Positions 1-5,758 of a DNA stretch of 5,928 nucleotides are shown here, piece after piece. The stretch's first letter is position 1. Each line of letters begins with the position of its first letter. A program made the translations under genes and the position numbers. Below the pieces are notes generated by a model. The model was not told the DNA's origin. It saw nothing but the letters and a program-made list of their open reading frames with translations, and did not search any database. The stretch spans positions 1-5,928 of the forward strand of contig NW_021829530.1 in the NCBI RefSeq assembly GCF_006345805.1, given 5' to 3'. The stretch is from Octopus sinensis. Taxonomy: Eukaryota.

Positions 1-280
1 ATAATCATTCGAAACAAATAACAAATAAGTAAAAAAAAATTATTTAAATCAAATCAAAGTTAAAATTTTAAAAACTCCAAATGTGATTTTTGATAATTGC
101 ATTAAAATGGTAATAATATTAACTTACTAATTAACATATATAATGGCATTATCATTTATTTCATTGAAATAAAATAAATGATAATGAAAAGGTTTAAATA
201 AAAGTAATGATATTTCTTGATTAACATAATGGTTTCTTCGGTGTCGGTTGAAGAACTTTGATTATTTTTTTTTTGTGTGT

Positions 281-370
281 GGTGGTGGTGGCGAAGGAAA
301 GAGTTGTGGTGGTGGTGATGGTGGTGGTGGTGGTAGAGAGAAGCAGTGGTGGTGGTGGTGGTGGTAGTGG
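281..370. repeat. Interrupted (GGT)n trinucleotide microsatellite
   Basis: GGT runs at about 281-290, 306-334 and 346-370, separated by short purine-rich spacers. Confidence 0.95.
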
Positions 371-518
371 GGCTTTTGGTGATTGTGGCTATCAGGACGT
401 TGCTTCTGGCAATTACAAAGAGACGTGGCTTTAAATAAGAACTGGAGTCACAACCTCATGTCCTCTGCTTCTCTGTATCCTCCAGCTTTATCGCGGCAAT
501 GACATTGTTGCTTGTCAC

Positions 519-535
519 GTTATTATTGTATTCGA
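519..535 (+). repeat. Left target-site duplication (GTTATTATTGTATTCGA) of the family-A SINE trimer
   Basis: 17/17 identical to 1123-1139 and directly abuts the 5' end of the SINE head. Confidence 0.9.
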
Positions 536-1122
536 AGGCGGCGAGCTGGCAGAAGCGTTAGCACGCCGGGCGAAATGCTTTGCGGTATTTCGTCTGTTGT
601 TACGTTGTGAGTTCAAATTCCGCCGAGGTCGACTTTGCCTTTCATCCTTTTGGGGTCGCTTAAATAAGTACCAGTTACGCACTGGAATCGATATAATCGA
701 CTTAATCCGCTTGTCTGTTCTTGTTTGTCCTCTCTGTGTTTAGCCCCTTGTGGGTAGTAAAGAAATAGGTATTTCATCTGAGTTCAAATTCCGCCGAGGT
801 CGACTTTGCCTTTCATCCTTTCGGGGTCGATAAATTAAGTACCAGTTACGCCCTGGTGTCGATGTAATCAATTTAATACCTATGTCTGTCCTTGTTTGTC
901 CCCTCTGTGTTTAGTCCCTTGTGGGTAATAAAGAAATAGGTATTTCGTCTGCCGCTACGTTCTGAGTTCAACTTCCGCCGAGGTCGACTTTGCCTTTCAT
1001 CCTTTCGGGGTCGATTAAATAAGTACCAGTTACGCACTGGGGTCGATATAATCGACTTAATCCGTTTGTCTGCCCTTGTTTGTCCTCTCTGTATTTAGCT
1101 CCTTGTGGGTAGTAAAGAAATA
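536..1122 (+). mobile_element. tRNA-derived SINE, family A, trimer: one head plus three tandem body/tail units (584-767, 768-938, 939-1122)
   Basis: Box A-like TGGCAGAAGCG (547-557). Box B-like GTTCAA(A/C)TTCC at 611, 782 and 966. Units of 184, 171 and 184 bp each start GGTATTTC and end AAAGAAATA. Units 1 and 3 differ at about 14/184 positions by hand count. Flanked by a 17-bp TSD. Confidence 0.92.
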
Positions 1123-1139
1123 GTTATTATTGTATTCGA
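1123..1139 (+). repeat. Right target-site duplication of the family-A trimer
   Basis: GTTATTATTGTATTCGA, identical to 519-535, immediately after the last AAAGAAATA. Confidence 0.9.
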
Positions 1140-1167
1140 CGTTTTGCTTCCTACTGTTCTTCACAGT

Positions 1168-1451
1168 GGAGGCAAAATGGACCAGTGGTTAGGGCAGCGG
1201 ACTCGCAGTCGTAGGATTGCGGTTTCGATTCCTAGACCGGATGTTGTGAGTGTTTATTGAGCGAAAATGCCTAAAGCTCCATGTGGGGGTGGTAGCGAAC
1301 CCTACTGTAATCTTTCACCACATTTTCCCCATCTCTTTCTTCCTCTTTCTGGTGTACCTATATTTCAAAGGGCCAGCCTTGTCACACTCTGTCACGCTGA
1401 ATCTCCCCCAAGAACTACATTAAGGGTACACGTGTCTGTGGAGTGCTCAGC
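1168..1451 (+). mobile_element. tRNA-derived SINE, family B, probably 3'-truncated
   Basis: Box A TGGACCAGTGG (1178-1188) and box B-like TTCGATTCC (1224-1232) at tRNA spacing. The body is unrelated to families A and C. It is recognised from memory as an abundant octopus repeat whose consensus continues past GAGTGCTCAGC (not verified). Confidence 0.78.
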
Positions 1452-1662
1452 TGGCCTAATCGTTAGCACGCTGGGCAAAATGCTTAGTGGTGTTTCGTCC
1501 GTCTTTACGTTCTAAGTTCAAATGCCACTGGGGTAGATCTGACCTTTCATCCTTTCGGATGGGATAAAATAAGTACCAGTTGAGTACTGAGATCGATGTA
1601 ATCGACTTACCTTTTGCCCTGAAATTGCTGGCTTTGTGCCAAAATTTGAAATCAGTATTATT
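1449..1662 (+). mobile_element. Family-A SINE with alternative (type 2) tail, missing the first few nt
   Basis: AGCTGGCCTAATCGTTAGCACGCTGGGCAAAATGCTTAG aligns to the head at 544-582. It has box B GTTCAAATGCC, core CCTTTCATCCTTTCGG...AAATAAGTACCAGT, and tail GAAATTGCTGGCTTTGTGCCAAAATTTGAAATCAGTATTATT. Confidence 0.88.
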
Positions 1663-1670
1663 CCATGTGA

Positions 1671-1848
1671 AGGCAGTGAGCTGGCGGAATAGTTAGCATG
1701 CCGGGGAAATGCTTTCAGCATTTCTGAGTTCGAATGCCGCCGAGGTCGACTTTGTCTTTCATCTTTCTGGAGTTGATAAATTGAATACCAGTGAAACACT
1801 GGGATCGATATAATCGACTATCCCCCTCCCTAAAATTCCAGGCCTTGT
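1671..1848 (+). mobile_element. Family-A SINE (type 2 tail), cut within the tail; first member of a head-to-tail dimer
   Basis: Full head AGGCAGTGAGCTGGCGGAATAGTTAGCATGCCGG and box B GTTCGAATGCC. There is a ~15-nt deletion before box B. The core is present and the copy stops at GGCCTTGT. Confidence 0.87.
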
Positions 1849-2057
1849 GAATAGTTAGCATGCCGGAATAAATGCTTAGCAGCATTTCGTCTACTTTACG
1901 TTCTGAGATCGAATGCCGCCGAGGCCGATTTTAATTTTCATCTTTCAGGGTCGATGAAATAAGTGCCAGTTGGCCACTGGGGTCGATGTAACCGACTTAC
2001 ACCTTTCGCGAAATTGCTGGCCTTGTGCCAAAATTTGAAACCGTTATCAGTATTATT
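1849..2057 (+). mobile_element. Family-A SINE (type 2 tail), 5'-truncated within box A; second member of the dimer
   Basis: Starts GAATAGTTAGCATGCCGG, identical to 1687-1704. It has a complete core and the tail GAAATTGCTGGCCTTGTGCCAAAATTTGAAACC, followed by (TAT)n. Confidence 0.87.
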
Positions 2058-2133
2058 ATTGTTGTTGTGCGTATAAATTGTGGTTGCAGTCTTTGTCCTC
2101 TCATGTTTTCTAATAATGCATCTTCTTTTATCA

Positions 2134-2298
2134 AGTGGCTGTGTGGTAAGTAGCTTGCTTACGAACCTCATGGTTCCGGGTTCAATCCTACTGCGTGGAA
2201 CTTTGGGCAAGTGTCTTCTATTATAGCTTCAAGCCTTGTGAGTGGATTTGGTAGACGGAAACTGAAAGAAGCCCGTCGTATATATGTATATGTACATA

Positions 2299-2368
<70 letters not shown>

Positions 2369-2560
2369 TGTTTGTGTTTGTCCCCCCAACATCGCTTGAC
2401 AATGTCCCCGTAACTTAGCAGGTCGGCGAAGGAGAGAACGATAGAATAAGTACTAGGCTTAGAAAGAATAAGTTCTGGGGTAGATTTGCTCGACTAAAGG
2501 CGGTGCTCCAGCAAGGCCGCAGTCAAATGACTGAAACAAGTAAAATAGTAAAAGAGTAAA
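2134..2560 (+). mobile_element. tRNA-derived SINE, family C (CORE-like), with internal (TA)n(TG)n microsatellite; copy C1
   Basis: Box A TGGCTGTGTGG (2136-2146) and box B GGTTCAATCC (2179-2188). The TTGGGCAAGTG motif is reminiscent of the CORE domain (recall; an octopus CORE-SINE, OR2, is known, but identity is not verified). Aligns end to end with 4170-4575. Tail of GTAAAA(G/T)A repeats. Confidence 0.9.
2279..2380. repeat. Compound (TA)n(TG)n microsatellite inside SINE C1
   Basis: Directly visible. It occupies the same position as the shorter tract in C2. Confidence 0.95.
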
Positions 2561-2913
2561 TTCCAGCGAATTCATTGTTGAAAATTTTCTCATTCAAATT
2601 GTGATTCCGTTGGTACATTTCTTCAACATTCGCCATTCAGCAATTCCACTGTGTTCTTGATTCTACACTCCACCGACATAATTAAACATATCCCATTTTA
2701 TAAAACCCCTGAAGTTTATATTAGTTGCGGCCTCAATAGATTGGGTTTCAGTATTTCCTTAAAATACACCAATCTGAAAGTGGGTGGAATTTTTCCTAGG
2801 CGGAAACCTTCGGCGTTTTGGCAGATTCTCTACGTACCAACTCTGGAGATGCCTGTAGTGTGTTGTTTGTTCATCGCACCGCTTCTTATGTATTCACTTA
2901 TACATTTAATTAT

Positions 2914-3014
2914 GTACGCGTATATAATATATTTATATATGTTTGTATGTACGTGCGGTTGTGTGTATACATATATATTTGTAGATATATATACATATAA
3001 ACATATATTTGTAT

Positions 3015-3050
<36 letters not shown>

Positions 3051-3391
3051 CTGAGCGTGTATATGTGTATATATATATATATATGCATGTACGTATGCGC
3101 GTCATTACGTTTGTGAACAGTGTATATATTATATATATATATATATATTAGTATGTGCATGCAATCATATATACATACATGGATTCACGTGCGTATATAC
3201 AGCTGCAGTGTATATTTGTAAATCTGACAGATGTTTAGATCATACGATATATGTACGTTATGTACGCATATATTTGTATGTATGTATATATGTATGTGTA
3301 TGTATATATGTGTGTATTGATAAGTATATATGTATGTATATGTATGTATGTATGTTTCTATCTATCTATATATACATATACACATGTATGT

Positions 3392-3442
<51 letters not shown>

Positions 3443-3653
3443 CATATAGATAGATTTACATATACTTCTATACATACAACACATGCATTATGTACATAAA
3501 TGTACATAAACGTTTCTATGCATCTATGTATATAATTATATATACACACACAAGCACACACAAACACATATATATATATGTATGTACATGAATACATATA
3601 AATATAATGTAACATATTTGCATATAAATATATATAAATTTCATATGACTATA
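2914..3653. repeat. Large degenerate compound microsatellite: (TA)n, (TATG)n, (TCTA), (GA)n, (CA)n/(TACA)
   Basis: About 740 bp of mostly alternating purine-pyrimidine low-complexity sequence. It is the source of the Y/I/M/C/V-rich spurious ORFs. Confidence 0.93.
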
Positions 3654-3727
3654 CGAATCTATTGAATCACACTTATACATGCGAAAATGCTCATGGAAAT
3701 ATATATTTTTGTTGTTTTTTTGTTTTG

Positions 3728-3805
3728 CGCCGCCTCCACCACCATCACTTCCACCGCTGTCACCTCCACCGTCAGCGCCACTGCCACACCATTAACGCCA
3801 CCATT
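3728..3805. repeat. Degenerate (CAC/CGC)n trinucleotide tract
   Basis: CGCCGCCTCCACCACCATCACTTCCACCGC... with period 3. Confidence 0.75.
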
Positions 3806-3846
3806 CTTAGCGTCATTATTTATGCCAACGAAAGCCTAGTCCTGTG

Positions 3847-3890
3847 CCTGTATGTCTGTGTGTGTGTGTGTCTGTGTGTATTTTTGTGTT
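3847..3890. repeat. Imperfect (TG)n microsatellite
   Basis: TGTATGTCTGTGTGTGTGTGTGTCTGTGTG... Confidence 0.9.
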
Positions 3891-4169
3891 TATGAAGGTA
3901 TTTTTGTTGTGTCAAGTCTAGCCATTAGTGAAGATGTTTAGACATGTCAGCGGAGAGGATGTAAATGTTTGAAGGAAAGAATTAAAGAAAAAGAGAAGAA
4001 TCAGAGGAAACTGGAAAAGAAAAGTATTTTTATGCTTATCTTTTATCCTTTACTTCTTTCAGTTATTAGACTGCGGCCATGCTGGGGCACCGCCTTAGAG
4101 AATGTGCTGATTATTACACGAACTATTTTCACGGTCACTCTCTGTTGAGAAATTCCATAAAATTCCATA

Positions 4170-4575
4170 GGCGCAGGAGTGGCTGTGTGGTAAGTATCTT
4201 GCTTACCAACCACATGGTTCCGGGTTCAGTCCCACTGCGTGGCACCTTGGGCAAGTGTCTTCTACTATAGCCTCGGGCCGACCAAAGCCTTGTGAGTGGA
4301 TTTGGTAGACGGAAACTGAAAGAAGCCCGTCATATATATGCATATATATATATATGTGTGTGTGTGCTTGTGTGTCTGTATTTGTCCCCCCCCCACCAAC
4401 ATCGCTTGTCAACCGATGCTGGTGTGTTTACGTCCCCGTAACTTAGTGGTTCGGCAAAAGGGACCGATTGAATTAGTACTAGGCTTCCAAAGAATAAATC
4501 CTGGGGTCGATTTGCTCGGCTAAAGGTGGTGCTCCAGCATGGCCAAAGTCAAATGACTGAAACAAGTAAAGAGAG
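4170..4575 (+). mobile_element. tRNA-derived SINE, family C, apparently full length; copy C2
   Basis: 5' end GGCGCAGGAGTGGCTGTGTGG (box A 4180-4190) and box B GGTTCAGTCC (4223-4232). It retains the 10-nt and ~18-nt segments missing from C1 and has an internal TA/TG tract at about 4333-4380. Possible degenerate TSD TAAAATTCCATA (4158-4169) / TAAAATCCTATA (4576-4587), 10/12 identical. Confidence 0.92.
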
Positions 4576-4935
4576 TAAAATCCTATAATCATCAATCCAT
4601 TACGACCGCTTCGAGCTCGTGTTCTTGTAATTTTCTTTTTTTTTACTTCAAATTCTACAAACTTGGCCAAAATAACAACGCATCTTTTTACCGATATAAT
4701 CTTACTTGGGTTTATACTCTTACTCCTTTGACTAAAAAACTCTTCGCAATAGGTCTTTGGATTCAACGGACTTCAAGAGTTCATTGAAACGGTCAAAGAA
4801 GATACATATTCAGTGTTGTAACTGGGGTGTGCTTCTTGCCTAACACAAATGGTTCGAACAATTATGTCTTTTCGGTAAAACAAACGAGCAAATTTCATCG
4901 TTAATATAAGAAAGTGATTTTTTAAAAAGATAATT

Positions 4936-5095
4936 GGAATGGCTGAACTAGTAGAGTTGTGGCATTTAGTTATTATTCTTTACGTTGTAAGTTCAAATAC
5001 TTGCTGAGTCGAATTTGACTTTCACTCGTCGAGAAGATGCTCAATAAAATGATTAAGTACCTGTCATATACTGTGGGATCAATTATTCAACCGAC
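4936..5095 (+). mobile_element. Highly decayed family-A-like SINE relic
   Basis: CTTTACGTTGTAAGTTCAAATACTTGCTGAGTCGAATTTGACTTTCA matches family-A TTTACGTTCTGAGTTCAAAT-CCGCCGAGGTCGACTTTGCCTTTCA. It is followed in colinear order by ATTAAGTACCTGT...ACTGTGGGATC, matching ATAAGTACCAGT...ACTGGGGTC. Confidence 0.7.
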
Positions 5096-5195
5096 CGATA
5101 TCTTTTACTCTATAACTCCGTGGCCTTTATACCAATTTTTGAAAAGAAAATCTACTGTATTTTTTTATCTTCTTAAGTGAAAAAAACAGTAGAAG

Positions 5196-5272
5196 CAACG
5201 ACAACAAAAACACCACCAACAACGACAACGACAACAAAAGCACCACCACCACCACCACCACCTCCACCACCT

Positions 5273-5301
<29 letters not shown>
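5196..5301. repeat. Compound (AAC/GAC)n-(CAC)n-(AAC)n trinucleotide microsatellite
   Basis: Directly visible. It gives rise to the poly-L/V spurious ORF 5127-5318. Confidence 0.95.
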
Positions 5302-5303
<2 letters not shown>

Positions 5304-5733
5304 AGAAAAAACAAACAAAACAGAACAGCGTCAGGATTGTTGCATAGAATAAGAAAATATTTCGCTCAAAATATATAATCTGTTTAGAAATTGCTTTTTT
5401 CCCCCCTCCTAATATGTTAATGCTATGTCAGATTCACAAATCTATCCCCCAAAATATATCACCTTTATCCCAAAACAATACAATATTTTTTATAAATCTT
5501 ATGGTAACTACTTAATTTTCCTTTTCCATTTTACCTTTAACCCTCAGAATAAAAAAAAAACAAATAAACATATTTTTGAATAAGTCCAATAAAAACACTT
5601 GTTGTTGTAGTCTCAACAATTTGACATACATTACACAGAAAGGTTAATATTAAAGGTCAATATGGCATTTAGCATAGTTTTTTTTCTCTCTTAAGAAGCG
5701 AATCTACGGCGGCACGCGCCATATTTATTCCTC

Positions 5734-5758
5734 TGTTTGTTTATTTGTTTATTTATTT
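5734..5758. repeat. Short (TTTG/TTTA)n tract
   Basis: TGTTTGTTTATTTGTTTATTTATTT. Confidence 0.7.

Noticed and set aside
1-240. Very AT-rich stretch as a promoter or replication origin
   Set aside because: No specific motif beyond the general AT richness of the window.
318-518. Short protein-like frames: + strand MVVVVVERSSGGGGGGSGAFGDCGYQDVASGNYKETWL*, and a minus-strand frame ...NNVIAAIKLEDTEKQRT* that stays open across the reconstructed empty SINE site
   Set aside because: Under 40 codons, partly microsatellite, with no splice or homology support; expected by chance across six frames.
537-625. Functional tRNA genes at the SINE heads (also 1168-1240, 2134-2195, 4170-4240)
   Set aside because: Box A and box B are present, but no complete cloverleaf or acceptor stem could be built, and each head continues into a repeat body.
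584-1122. CRISPR-like array of regularly spaced palindromic repeats
   Set aside because: Whole 171-184-bp units repeat with no unique spacers, Pol III boxes and a TSD are present, there are no cas genes, and the context is eukaryotic.
1267-2399. ORFs 1267-1515, 1518-1799, 1938-2210, 2168-2392 and 2211-2399
   Set aside because: All lie essentially within SINE or microsatellite sequence. Similar peptides recur wherever the SINE recurs, and there are no domain motifs.
2651-3895. Longest ORF (166 aa) and overlapping Y/I/V/C/M/H-rich ORFs
   Set aside because: Most of their length is translated dinucleotide or trinucleotide repeat that is open on both strands. The unique N-terminal part of the 166-aa ORF resembles nothing I recognise and has a non-ATG start.
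281-5301. (GGT)n near the start and (ACC)n near the end as terminal inverted repeats of a large DNA transposon or MITE
   Set aside because: Complementarity is limited to a common microsatellite, the flanks do not match, and there is no TSD or transposase.
4079-5318. ORFs 4079-4270, 4203-4412, 4338-4523, 4479-4766 and 5127-5318
   Set aside because: They overlap SINE C2 or the (CAC/AAC)n tract, are short, and show no reverse transcriptase, transposase or other recognisable motif.
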